A stretch of DNA of 64,000 nucleotides from positions 2,026,031 to 2,090,030 of the forward strand of contig JBNZDD010013689.1 in NCBI GenBank assembly GCA_050575255.1, written 5' to 3'. Origin of the DNA: Harriotta raleighana (taxonomy: Eukaryota). Shown here one piece after another: positions 13,241-26,726 of the stretch. A program made the translations under genes and the position numbers. The stretch's first letter is position 1. Each line of letters begins with the position of its first letter. Under the pieces are notes generated by a model that saw only the letters and a list, made by a program, of their open reading frames with translations, had not been told where the DNA came from and ran no database searches.

Positions 13241-16200
13241 CTGTAACGAAAATTGGGGGAGGGTATGAAAAACAAGAAGAGCTTCACAATATAACATATG
13301 AGCATTTTGAAGGACAGTTGTTATTTGGGTTAATTATGTGGCAGTTTCTGATCAATCAGTCGTAGGAATGCAATAACACAGGTCCTCTTAAGAGCAGCAA
13401 GTTTATCCCAGTATTCCTACACTGAACAAGGATAAGGACAATGTTAGAAAGGAAATAGCCTGCTTATATTTACAACCTCTGTGCTTTGCAAGGTTTTAAA
13501 GACCTGAACCATGTCCTCTTTCAGTCTCCTTTACTCCCAGAGAAAAATAGACCAGATCTGCAAATATCATGGTTTCAAAAACACCTCTCAGCTCCAAAAC
13601 AAGGTCAGAGAATGAACATTTCAAAGGTAGGAAAGGCCACAATTGATATTGTCCTCCTACAATATTCCCAAATCATTCTCATCAGTGACCTACACAAGGT
13701 TAAAAAAAAACAGGACTGCGATTCACAGCCAATGCTTGCTCGCAAGAGGCAGCCTTGCTTTGTTGATCAAAGCTTTTGATTAACTGCAAACCTTCAGTGA
13801 AATGATCCAGTAATTTGCTGATGTACATGTGCATCATTTGTACAGAGCTGTTTCGATACGCTTGGGACTCACTTTAAAATCCATCTTCCACCCCCTTTAC
13901 CCCAATCTGTTTTGATTTTTTTTTCTTGTAATCTGCCACATCAACTTGTTTCAGATGCCATGTTGTCCCCTGGATCCTAGGTCAGAGATTTTCCCCATTT
14001 GCCACCACTAGTTCCATGAGTCTTTGTAGCTGTGCTGCATCTGCTGCTTCTATTCCCTGTGTAATACGACCAAGCAATGCATAAATGTCAGCAGAGTATT
14101 ATTGAAAGCAATATTCTTAGTGAGCTGAAATTCCTGGTATTAATGTGGATTTAAACACTCGAGGGGGAGAAATTCCACCTGTATCTTGAATTACTCCATA
14201 TTTGCAGCGTTTCGGGAGTATTTTCAAGACGTTGGCAAATTCTCATATACATATATATACATTGATCATTTTGAAGCATTTTCTGAGCACTCTAACATGC
14301 TACATAAATTAAACAAATCGAGACCCGGGTGAGATTTCTCCACCAACAGTGCTTTGATCCTGTTTTACTCTGCCTCACGCAGCACTGGTCATATTCGTCC
14401 GTATAGGAATGCTTTGAGCTTGATATGTTTCATGGGTTGGAGCTTACAGTTCTTTTGAGAGAACAATTGCATATGTTGCTTTGTAGCCCTTCCTTGTTGA
14501 CCGTGCTTACGGTCGTTACCCATCGCTCCCCCACCCCCACCCACCCACCACCCCTCTCCCAGATCTGCGTGAAGCTACGCCAATAATAAGCCCTCTGAGA
14601 CGCTAACCCACGTGATGGGTGTTATATCAATGCGATTTGTTGTTTGTAAAGATCACTGAATTGAAAACCATGGGATGACATCCTGGAGACAAGAAGTTTT
14701 CATGTATTCGGCCAGCATTGGAGGACAGGATTGGCTCAGCTTTAATGATCACCTCCATCACTGCGGTTTAACGACTTGTATAAGTTATACAGAATAGCAG
14801 CTTTCATGCAGGAATGTTTAAACAAAAAAACTTGATGAAAATCCTGGGGATCATCAAACAGGGAGGAAAGTAGGGGGAATGGTTAAATGCAAAGATTTTT
14901 TAAGAGTGTTCTGAAGGCAGGTAGAAGAAGCAAGCAATGGATTTTTTCAAGAGAGTGCAAGGCTTTGGTTTAGAGTGATGGTTTAGAGTAGCTGAAAACA
15001 AAGTGATTTGACAGACAAGAGGAAGGAATGAGCATTAGCTCAGAATCAGAAAAGTGGACAGTGTGGATGGGGAGAACAGTACTGGTGGTGATTGCAGAGG
15101 TCCTCATAAGATCATGAGTTCATATGAAGGTCAGGACAATGATCTCAAAGCTGATTGACTGGAGTATCAGGTCCCAGTGGAGAGAGTGTGTGTGTGTGTG
15201 TGTGTGGTCCATTTAGCTAGAGGGACATTGGAAGGAAACGCATTTACAAAGACATATCTCAATAAAGATTTGTGTTCATGTTCTTGCCCGGTTCTGAAAA
15301 TACTTGTGTGTGTAGTTTGTTTAAAATGTAAGCATTTACTGTAATAGATCTTATGGAGTGAGCACTCTTGACTGACAGGAGATTTGCAACATTTCCCGAA
15401 TTCACATACGGGATCACAATGAAGTGATGAATTATCACCTACTCACAGCGAAACGTTACCTACGTGGATCAGTATTTGGGGACAATGCTACCAATTTGGT
15501 ATGTGGAACACTGTACCTGGATTGGAGAGAAAAAAAACCTCATCTGAGAATTCTGTTTGATGGGATTGAGTGGCATAAGGATAGGTTTCTAATGCCTTGC
15601 GTGGATTCCTGTGAAATCAAAAGGTACCATTGAAATTGTGTGGTTCAGTAGATTGTGTTGATTGGTTTCAAAGATGTCCATTTGAAACCCCAGGTTTCAT
15701 TACTACATCACTGCAGGAGAAACTTTCGCATGGGCTGCCGTGTTGCAAAGAGATTTACACTGCACTTCATTTTGTATAAAAAAATAGCATCTTTATTCCA
15801 TTCCACATAGTACATCTCCACGGGTGTCCAAGTACATTCAGAATGCAAGAAGCAGAGAGTTCCCTCTGCACCAAAAGCTGGCCAGAGTACATCACAAACC
15901 GTGGCTCAGTAAACAAAGCCATCTACTGTACATTCACATTTACAAGCACATAACAGTCAAACCACTGAACCCAATGCATTTGGTGGTCACAGGGACGATG
16001 GCTACAGTGTTGGGGCGGGGACATGCCGATCAATCTGATTGCGGAGATTTAGGAATACGTATCCCAAATGGCTAGGAACTATGTGAAAGGAGCACTGACG
16101 TTCTGCAATTTGGGGATTGCAAGACAAAAATACGGTAAACAATCCTATACGTATTCAGCATGGCAAATGGGCATTCACTGCCTCAAATCCATTTTTCATA

Positions 16201-16419
16201 CAACTTTTAGTGTGTACGAAACGGCATGATTTCCTGCTCAAACTCTACCTAAGACTGTATGTGGAAATAGTTAAAGCGAAAAAGACACTCTTTGAAGACT
16301 ATGGCAAACTTGGATAAGAGAGTTTCTGGTTGCTGGTAGGTTGAAGGTATTTGCGCTCACTGATCCAGCATCAAGCCTATACTACCGGAGTTTATACTGA
16401 CCAAGGTCACTGAAATTGC

Positions 16420-16653
16420 TGTGTTGTACACGGTGGTGGGCCACATAGCACCACAATACTCCGAAGAGCGTAAAAAACCAACACTCGTGCAGGTTAGTAA
16501 CATGCAGGGTTATTTATTACGCTTGAAACATAACATACGGCTAAAATCCCCCTCCCCTTCACATAACCGGTCTCCCCTATATAACTGTCACACCGCACTG
16601 ATCAGAAACCAGGGGTATAGTTGGGGGCGCACAGGAGGTTACAGTGCGCTACA
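16420..16653 (-). mobile_element. Possible solo LTR
   Basis: TG...CA termini with internal TATATA followed by AATAAA on the minus strand; CpG-rich relative to the flanks; target-site duplication only partial. Confidence 0.4.
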
Positions 16654-17609
16654 GACCGGAGGCAAAGGAAGAGAATGCGTTAATGAGGCCACTGGACTTG
16701 AGCCCAGAAGTTCTGGGTCCATTGGATCCATTCAGCACCTCCCCCCCCACTTTACCCTTGAGGTTGACAAAATGGGTACCTTGTTCAAACATTCAAACAT
16801 ATGCTTGGAGGAGGTCTACAGGGTCTCCCTGTGGTTAAACTGGGTGTAGGAGACATGCCTGGCAGGTTCGCAGTTATTAAAGGCACTGTTAATGGTTGAT
16901 CAGCCTGTTTGGCTCAGCAATGAAATTTAGCAGTATGGGTAGGTGGTAGAACTCGCAAGTTAAAATCCCAACTGGTCAGGCAATGCTAGCAGGATAAATA
17001 CTGTTAAACATACCAGTGCTTTGTAACATAACGCACTGTTACCAACAGTTTCTATCACACTTTTTTTAAAAAGTGGTAGAATGAGATGCAACCTCTAATT
17101 ATTAACTGGCAATTGAGATCGAGACTGTTATATCAAAGACTGCTTCAGAGATTAAAATGGGGGCACCATCACAATCTTGCACAATCTCATCAAGATCTAT
17201 CCGTGTACATCGGGTCTTTTGAACACTGGGACATCCTATCGATGTGAAAGGCTCTCTACAAATGTCATTTTGTCGTTGTGGTTGTACTGCAATGAGGTGC
17301 TCACCTCCGAACCAGAACACTGGGTGATTGATCAACAACAACAACAAAATTACATTTGGGCCATTGTTGACCCGTCACTCAAACTGACCAGGGACAAGTA
17401 TTATAATGCACACAACGCTTATGTCTCTCGATTGAAGCGCTCACAACAGCCTACGACTAGTACAGCTTCGTAAACTTCCTTGCCCAGAAATTATGGTACA
17501 TCTACAGAATATCTGAACCATAGACCAGATTTCTAAATAAATATTCTATCAGGTCAAAAAACTCACAAAGGAAAATCTACAGCCTGTTATGATCCTTCAG
17601 GACATCAGC

Positions 17610-17960
17610 AACAATGACTTGCATTTATATAAGGGCCCTACATCTGAGTAGAGTCTCAAGAGTGATTAACAACAGTTTGGTTTGACGCCAAGCTAGAAAG
17701 AGATGGGAGATGACTGAAGGCACAGTCGAAGAGGAAAGTCTTCAGATGTGATTTGAAGATGGGAGGGATTGAGGTAGGAAGTTCCAGAGATTTGGGAGCA
17801 TAGTGGCTGAAGGTTTGGCTGCCAATAATGCAAGGGATGAGGGACACATACAAGATACGCATCAGCTGAGTGAAGAAGTCTGTAGTAGCGTGGGGTGTGA
17901 GCAGAAGTAGGGTGTGAGACGAATAGAGACTGGAGGTGGGGGTGACATGGGGGAGAAGCA
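17610..17960 (-). mobile_element. L2 LINE 3' fragment
   Basis: IFKSHLKTFLFDCAFSH peptide and 3' tail homologous to the 3185-4070 copy. Confidence 0.65.
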
Positions 17961-20900
17961 GTACCAACTGTTTATAAATAAGGCAGTGCCAACCATTACT
18001 TTAAGGCAGTAAAGAATCTAAGACGACTGGCCGGCCAGAGTTATTTGTTTTGCAGTGGCAAGTTAGCCAAGTTGGAAAACTAGGGTGAAGCAGAGAAAAT
18101 AAAGGCCCTTTTATAAAGACAGAAAAGAAATTCATCACAAAAGCACGTTAAACACTGTCACCTCTGCTAGTTAGCACAGATCGTGTTTAGATGTTCATTA
18201 CAAGCAAATACTGAGCTCTCGCCTAGTAATCTCATGACCTGTTTCAGAGTTTCAGAGGCTGGGGCCCATGTGCCTGAATAGTTGCCCTGTGGGGAATTAG
18301 GTGGGGAACATGAAGCAGGCTAGAGGGGGTGGATGAGGAGCAGAAACTCCGGAGATGCTCACACTTGGCTCTAGCTTTGGGCTTCAATAATCTCTCTCTC
18401 ATCTATTACAGTATAAAACCCTCTTGATCATACGCTGGGGTTGTACAAGTGACTAATGGGAGTAATTAAGACCAGTGTAGATTTATTACTTAAATGTGGT
18501 GAAGCTTTCTTTCCCAATGAATCACCAGTAGCATCATATCCGTCTTATACAAAGGGGCAGACATTGTGGAAACAAAGGTCTGAGTAAACTGGATGCAATT
18601 TCTAATTATTAACACTGGGACCCTGAAAATTAATGGAAAAAGCGAACTTCCACATTATTTTAAAGCTGTTCCAGAAATAAAATGGACATTGAAATGTCAG
18701 CACTTTACAGTGGAATAGCTGTCCACTTCAAATGCTCTTAGCAGGCATCAGTCATCTTATCAGTCAGGGGAGAGGCCAGTTAATTTTTGGCCAAGTTGTT
18801 CAATAGAGCCCCTGATGTCAATGGAGTATTCCCATGTTGAAAGGGATGAAAAATGTTACCAAGGCCTAGGCACCTCACATCCCTCTTAACAGCCTGGTAC
18901 CAGTTGTGGAGCTGTCCACAGACAAAGGAGGTTCTTCGGAAGTGAGGGATCTTGTATATAAATGGGAACAGCCCAGAAACAAGTTGTTGTGTACCTATAA
19001 TTGTGGGCCAATCTGAGGATTGAAGTGCCCGGGAAAGTCCTGGCTGGTAACAAGTCTGATATGTAATATTATGTGTTAAAATGTAACCAAGAGCTCTCCA
19101 AATCCAACTTTTGCCTATATACGATACACACTCACAAGCACCTTCAACATCATCTCTCTATGTTAGAAATGCACAATACAGTACATCATGCAACCCAGAA
19201 AGGTTGCGCACGGATCCATTTACACTGCCTTTCCAACTAACTCATGGCTGCCCAGATCACACAAGAATTATACGCGAGACCTTAACAATAGGACTGGGAC
19301 AGAACTGAATTCAAAATAAACATACCGAGCATTTATCTTAAAACATCTCTTGTCCCATAAAGGCAAGTCTTACATTCTGGAGAATGAAATGGAATGATTA
19401 AAAAGGTATGGTTTATCTAGGGCAGCAAAGCAAAACGTTGGGAGTCTTTCATTAAAGTCAGAAACTGATCCAACACTGATATCCATCCCAATTGTATTTA
19501 CGAATGTACCAGCAAACACACAGTAGAATCCTGAGAAGTGAATGAATTTACCCTGTGGCACCTTTCACTATGTAGATCAGGAGAGAAACTGCAAAGCTTC
19601 CAAATGAGCAATTTTACATTCGAAAAATCCAACCACATTGTTGGTGGGTGGGGGGGGAAAATCCAAACGTCTATTGAAGCAACATCAAAGATGAACTCCC
19701 AGCAACCACGATAACACACTACAGGATAAATGTGACGCATTCTGAAAACTCATTTGTTTTTGCTAGGATATGTTAACGTTTGAAAGGGTACAGATCAAAT
19801 TCGAGAACAATTGGCAATATACCTTTTTGAGATATTTAGTGGACACGATGTGCACATCTCACATATTCCTAAATGTTGCAACAGGAACAGACAGTGCACT
19901 TACTGGTATGTATTTTGCAGCTTGTGTGCTCAAGTGGTTGTGGTCTGGCAATACTGCGTTTAAACGCTACTCTATTGTGGCACTGTGTGTGTGGGTGTGG
20001 AGGAGGTGAGGGGGGGGGGGGGAAACGGGGTGCAGCTCACTGCCACAGAATCCCAAATGCGCAGCTAAACTCCACAAAGTCACCAGAGAGAGGATAGCAC
20101 TGTTGTTTCAGTATTGCCCCGTTTAACATTTAGGGCTTTATAGAACTTGAAATAACAGGAGAATATACAACGAGGGTAGTTTCTCTCCTGATGTTCTGGG
20201 CCAACATGTGAAACTGATCATACACTTCACTTCCCGGCTGTTTGTGAGACATTGCTGTGCTCAAATTGGCTGCCGCTTTCACCCACAAAATACAGTCACC
20301 GCATTTTACAGAGAAGCACTTTGACGCTTTTGATGTGAAAGATGCTACATCAAATGAAAGGATTATTTATCATCATTATTAATAAGTAAAGCAAAGATGG
20401 GATTTGGACTCTCACAGCTCTAGTAAGTAGGAAAAGTGGGGGAGAAAGTGTTTTCTCTGTGTGCTGATGGCAGAGGCGTATTGCTGCGGACACCTCAGCA
20501 GCTGCTATTAGTCACAAGGTAATGCTCTCACGTGGCTTGCATTACTCAAGAGACTGGAGTTCTGTGCAATTTACATTCTTTCCCTCTCACCCACCCTCCA
20601 CCCATCAAGTACATGATTACCATTAACACAGAGGGAGCACTGCTCATAATATAGTCATCATCAATGACTGTATCAAACCTTCCCACAAGTTCCTCTGTTG
20701 ATGTGTATTTTTAGTTGGGAGCAGTATTATCAGTGGTGGATGACAAAGGCAGAGAATGATCTCTCCTGAGGCAGCGTAGGGGCCGCCCCCAACACAACAA
20801 GCAACCAGACTTTCTTGGTGCATTAGTTTTGCTTATTAAAGCAAAGAGGATTGGTGCCAGGAGAACCAGGTACTTTCTCACTTTTTTTCAGCCACCAGGC

Positions 20901-21708
20901 ACTCCCAAGATCAGTGTCAGCAAAGCCATTTGAAGAGAAAAGCTTCCTCTACTCCACCCAGGCAACCTGGAGTTTCATCAATTTGCCAATTCATAATCCA
21001 GATTGCAGCCTCTTTTGATAGCCATCATGATAGCCAGCAGAGAGGAAAGTATGGGCTAGGCAAATCTCAGGGGTAAAATGCAGTGATCTGATATACAGCC
21101 TCACCTAGAAGCTTAACATGGGAATGTGCTTGTCTGTTTTTATAAAAGGGTTTTGTAGCATGGATCCTTCCCTAAGGTTCAAATGTAATTCGTATTAATC
21201 ACCAAGTCAATAAAGGGGAGAATTGAACTGAATCAAATCAATGGATCCGCTTCCGAGGGCTGCCCAATGGTTGAGTTAGACAGTTTCTAGCTAACCAGCC
21301 AGAGCAGCCATTGATGTTATTATCTCTTGGGCTAGTTGGAGGGAGGAAAGAGATCATCTTAAGGTTGCTGCTCTTGATCACTTTCCAACGACCCCTGTTG
21401 GAAGATGGTCTTATGGTTCTCCATTCAGGGGAAGGAGACTACTCGACTATGATGCCCAAACCACAGTGAAATCGCCGCTCACTGTCTGGCTCACAGAATG
21501 AGCTGGATTTCTTTATTTTCTCTCTGTCAATATTCCCCTTCCCTCATCTCCCCAAACCCGACTGAGATAACAGAAGGCAATAAGCACCCATGAAGCAGAA
21601 GATAATTAAGGTCTAATAATATTTTCAGCAAATGAGACAAGAGGAATACAGTCGGAGAAAATAAAGAAATCCAGCTTTTGGAATAGGTTGATTTGGAACC
21701 AGTTGGAA

Positions 21709-22220
21709 ATAATAATAATAATCATCCTTGCATTTGATATAGCACTTTTCATGTCTTCTAGGTGTATAAAAGCGCTTCACAGAATATACTGTAAAGTGAA
21801 TTGTCTGTATATCTGTGGGCGAAACGCGGCAGCTGAATGCGCACAGCTGTCCCACAAACAGTCGTAGAATTAAATGACCCATTTATGATTTTTTTTGGAG
21901 GATTATTAGACGTGAGGAGTAAGGAAATTTGCCCAAGATTTGCCCTGCCTGGAATTGAACCCACGTCTCTCACTTATAATAATAATACTCCTTGCATTTG
22001 ATATAACGCTTTTCACGTCTTCTAGACGTCTCAAAGCACTTCACAGAATATACTGTTAAGTGAATTGACTGTACATATGTTGGCAAATTACGGCAGCCAA
22101 TTGCACAAAGCAGTGTCCCACAAACAGTCAAGGATTGAAATGACCAATTTATTTTTGTTTGTGTTTTTGAGGGATTATTATCAGGCATGTAAGGCGAGTG
22201 CTCTAACCACTGAGCTTTAG
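21709..22220 (-). mobile_element. Two tRNA-derived SINE copies, one nested in the tRNA head of the other
   Basis: Host head is split at cactt|...|gtaaggcgagtgctctaaccactgagc by a headless copy (21976-22188). Confidence 0.8.
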
Positions 22221-22599
22221 CATTGCAAATGTCCCATCATGAAACGTAACAGGTTGAGCAGGTAACGTGTGGGATGTAAAGTTAACTCTTTTGATGTTTA
22301 GCTTGATTTACTCTTGGGAACAGAGAGAATCCCTGAGGAATCTTTCTCCGGGAAATGCATCAGGTTGGGTAAGGGTGGTGACCAAAGAGAGGGATACACA
22401 TGTTTTGGTCAGGAATGGACGGGAGGGATCTGGAGTGGGCCCGTTTTGTTTGCTCTGGTGTTGCATTAGTGCCGCAGAGACATCCTACATGTGGTCACCA
22501 GAGGGCCTGAGCTAATTTCCCAGGCCCCAGAGACCTAGACCCCACCACACTCTACAGAGAGTACACCCTCTGCCCAGCGCACCACAATGTACGAGCAAT

Positions 22600-23982
22600 T
22601 TCACTGGAAACCGCTCTACCAATAGCTGCAAGTGACGTGGATTTCATTTGGTTTTGAGTAGTGCACAATTTTTCTTTCCACGTTTTGTTTGTGAACAAGA
22701 TGTAGGACTTAGAAAAATAAAGTATGGGATGGAAAATATACAACTTTTCCCTTTACAATACGGTAAAATAAAAATGTTTTTTTGTTGTTGACAATCAAGA
22801 TGTTTAAAGGCTCACTGTTGTCTTCAGCAGTGTGTCACAGTGGAACGTTTCTAAGATTCTCTCAGGAAAAGGAAACAACACATCACTCAACCAGAACATT
22901 GAAAGAGCTATACACACATTTTAACTTTGGCCTAACTTACGTATTTTTAACTAACATTAAATCAGAAACAATGATTAATCGTATCACAACAGAATATTTT
23001 TTTTTTACAAATCAACTTTTTTTTGTTGAACATAAAATTCAAAGTAAAAAAACGCAGGTTACTAAAGTATCTCACTAAATACACGCTGAGGACTGGTGCC
23101 CCAGATCTCATTAGACTCCAAAAGTAGTTGCCCCAGCAACATAAAGAGATCAAGTCAATAAAATAAATTAATAGTTTATTAAGGCAGGATATTAAGACAT
23201 TAATTTATTGATTTTTTAAAAACTAGTTTAGCTATTTTGGGGTGGGTGGTGGGGTGAAACTTTCAAGGGCTGTGGCCCTTTGTGGTTGAACAATCTTTTG
23301 CTGCAGGTGAAGACTTGAGCAAAGTTAACACTGGAGTAAGCAACAATTAAGAGAGCGAAAGCAGTGTGCACCAAATTACAAAACAAGCCAACAGTTCTGC
23401 TTGTCCAGAATCAAATTTAAATTGTAGGTGTCACCCATGCATCTGAAAGGCTTATGGGGGTAGAGGTGGGTAAGGGAACGAGATCTTCCGACGCTTACAA
23501 TTTATTGGTTTAATTTATATACGCCAGTGTGGAGATTTCTTTACTACACCTGTTGTTTTACCCCTCTGGGTATCTGCAAACAAAAATAACTAGTCATGTA
23601 CATCAACTGTACAAGTTTCCCAAGGCTCCTCTCCTCACTCCCTTCTCTCTCACTTCCGGGGGCCATCTTCCAGGTTGCCCAGTTTCAACACTGTAAGAAA
23701 GTCTTGCGCAAACAGCTGGCTCTCAGAAGAGAGGAGGGCGAAAAAAAAGTACACGCTATGTGTCATCGCCTTTCTTTTTCTTCTTTTTCTCATATAATCC
23801 ATGGGTACTGTGTTGAGTACTCTAGATTTATATATATATATATATATATAGGTTAAAAAAAATGAGCGGTTTCCAATGGTGGCTGAGGTGGAGAAGTGCA
23901 ATTAAGAGGCAGCAAGAGATACACATATATATATGTATATATATATATATATTCTGTTCGGTCTTTCCTAGCCGTGGGGTTT
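22600..23982 (-). other. NRP2: Probable NRP2b 3' UTR with candidate AATAAA signals (23501-23506, 23204-23209, 23175-23180)
   Basis: Transposon-free, U-rich stretch after the NRP2b stop, containing (TA)n tracts; end position uncertain. Confidence 0.5.
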
Positions 23983-24263
23983 TCAACAGTTTGAGCTGTA
24001 TTCGTCCTTTTCGAGTTTTATTGTCAGAGCTGGTTCGACTCCGGTGACGTAGCCATTAGGGAAGTGGACGTTTTTGAAATTGGCCGAGTGAACGCTCTTC
24101 TTGGCTGCATAGCGGTAGTGCTGGCGGTAAAGCACCATGCCCAGAGAGATGGAGAGCAGCACTACCAACGCGCCTCCTCCTGTCATTATGTAATACCAGT
24201 AGGTGGGGATGGGCTGCACTGACACAGACTCCACTGTGGGTTTGCTCCCTGCAGGGCGGGCCC
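23983..24263 (-). CDS. NRP2: Neuropilin-2 alternative terminal exon, NRP2b-type TM and cytoplasmic tail
   Basis: ctctccaccag|GG acceptor, TGA at 23985-23983; GARPAGSKPTVESVSVQPIPTYWYYIMTGGGALVVLLSISLGMVLYRQHYRYAAKK...VEPALTIKLEKDEYSSNC, colinear with the recalled human NRP2b tail (QPIPAYWYYVM...RYAAKK...VEPTLTIKLEQ...SHC). Confidence 0.93.
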
Positions 24264-25991
24264 CTGGTGGAGAGAGACAAAATAGTGCTTTGGGAAGCCG
24301 TGGCAAGCGGAGAATGGGACCATCGCATTCATTCACAAGAGCATGCTCAGCGGGCACAGTGCATCATGGGAATGCGCTTTGACCCTCGCCCCTTGCCCCT
24401 CGGGTCGGGTCACTGCCCTCACATGGGCGGTGGCTGGAGCCTGGCGGGAGGCCAGGCAGAAGGGGACAAGCCCAGGTCCCCAATCCTCAACTCTGGGGGA
24501 ACTGGCACCACGCAATACTCCTTGCGGCAGAAGGAGAAATCGGGCAGCGAGTGCACTCAAGAAAGGCAACAGATTCAGGCAGGAGGAGCCTTCACACCTC
24601 TCCCAATCGCCCACCTGAATGCCTTTGGTACATTTTCCTCCACATCAATCAACCCTTTTTTTAATAAAAAAAATTGACGAGGAACTTGTCCACTTACTTT
24701 TTGAATCAATCTGTAGCTTCTTGGCTCCACCATCTGGGCTGGTGACGTGTTTCACATGCCCAGGGCCTTTCACTAACACAAAATCTCACCCGCATTTGAG
24801 GACATAAGTTCTCTTGTACTTATTTTGCAGATTGTGGCCCCCTTGTTTAGCAGTTTGGGGCACAGAGGAAAACCTAATCTGTGTCCACATTTTACAAACC
24901 CTTCAAATACTTGGATCACGTCTCCCCTCAGTCTACTCTGTGCAAGTGAGAAGAGTCACAGGGCAGCCAATCTACTCATTCGAGTCATTCCCCCATAGAG
25001 CGTCCCTCACACATTGGAACATTCCAGTCTGCTTCCCACCTGAATATGCTTTTTGAAATAGGAAGGCCAACACTGCACCAAGTGTGACCTTGCAAGCACT
25101 GTACATAGTACAACATTATTGTTAGTGCTCTGGGTCTAATCTCAGTAACGCTGCACTCGAATTTCTACGTCAAACCATGGGACGCAAACCCAGTTTCAAA
25201 AAAATATTTGGGAACACTGTACCCGATGGTTTCAGTAACTCTTAAAAGAAAACTCAAAATGGCTGCCCTGCATCAGTCTTCACTCACTCAGCTCACAGGT
25301 GCCTTTCCTAAAAAAACAAGGCCGTATATATACCTCCTCCCAGCACGTCCGAACAGGCAAGCAAGCGGGATCCCATGATGCATTGTGGCTTCAATCAATA
25401 CTGCTGCCCACAGTGATGAATGGCAGTAACACAATCAATGGCAATACATGCAAAAGGGCAGTCACTGCGGGTCATTCCTCCACATTACACACAAGGATTA
25501 TCAATTAAGTCAGGTTGAAACAGTTCTGAAGTCCGATGAGCTCTATAACCTCCAACTTTCAAAATTTTACTGAATTACTTTTTGTCCCCATGACTTTGCT
25601 GGACATGTAATTAACGCTTTTCACAATATTGACAAGCTGCGAATTGCCTGACTCTATCCCGCTCTGTTATGCTTTCATTATTGTCGCTGTTTGAAGTAGC
25701 GAGAAAGGATATCAGTGCAATCTCAAAGCTGCTCTCCAGTGTTGTTGAAGTGTAATTGCTTCAAGCCACTTTGGTTTTCTACCCTGGGCTTCACGACTTT
25801 CAACAGTTCATGAAGGTCCAGGATAATTGATCAAATAGTCCTGAACCAGCCATGGCTTAAAGCCACTGAAGAGAAACTAAGAACCTTAGGCATGCACTGT
25901 GGTCTATAACCACCCATCTGACTAAACCACTCCCTTCATTCCTAACAACATGAAGATAAGACAACCTTTATTTCAGGTACCAGTAACTTAC

Positions 25992-26039
25992 CTGGTGGTG
26001 GATTTGATGGGCTGATGCCAGGTAAAGCAGAGATGGGTT
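25992..26039 (-). CDS. NRP2: Neuropilin-2 exon 15 (short post-MAM exon)
   Basis: tttgcag|AA and G|gtaag junctions; 48 nt, phase 1-1; QPISALPGISPSNPPP, N-terminus resembles mammalian EPISAFA. Confidence 0.85.
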
Positions 26040-26629
26040 CTGCAAATAAAACATGTGGTTTGTTTAATTTAAATGCATGAACGAGACTGTAGAATAAAGG
26101 ACATGGGTTTAGATTTGTAACATGCAATTTCAGAAGGTACTTCTTTACTCAGAGGGTTATCAATAAATGGAAACAGGTTGCCTAAGAAAGGTGGCCACTA
26201 TAATAGACTTGAGGCAGCAACGAGGGGACGGAAGAATAATAATAATAATAATAATCCTTGCATTTGATATAGCACCTAATCACGTCTTCTAAACATCTCA
26301 TAGCACTTCACAAGACTAGAGGGATTAGAATGTATTGGCTGAAGGGCCAATTCTTTATCCAGATCAATGATGTGAGGAATTATAAACTTTTGGGACGTAC
26401 TCCTGACATGAAAGGCACTATGCAAGTATAATTTTGTTGTTGTTTTTGTTAATATTTTAACAGTCAGAACTACTAAGTATATTGCATTTTAATGTATTTT
26501 TTGTCTTTCCTTTCAAACACTTTTCTGCACCCACAGTTCTTCATGAGGCAAAGTAAAATTGGAATGTTTTCAATATAGAAAAGTCTGTGTTAAGTGTGGA
26601 GGATTCAAGGCAGAAATTATGCTACTTAC

Positions 26630-26726
26630 GGATGCATTGGTCCAGAGATAGGTGTGTTACTATGGCAATGTCATCAATCGCAATCTCTCCACTAACACCA
26701 CTTCCAATGATGCCTTCGATGATAAC
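26630..26726 (-). CDS. NRP2: Neuropilin-2 exon 14 (MAM domain end)
   Basis: ctcag|GTT and C|gtaag junctions; 97 nt; VIIEGIIGSGVSGEIAIDDIAIVTHLSLDQCI (MAM C-terminal IAIDDI motif). Confidence 0.94.
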
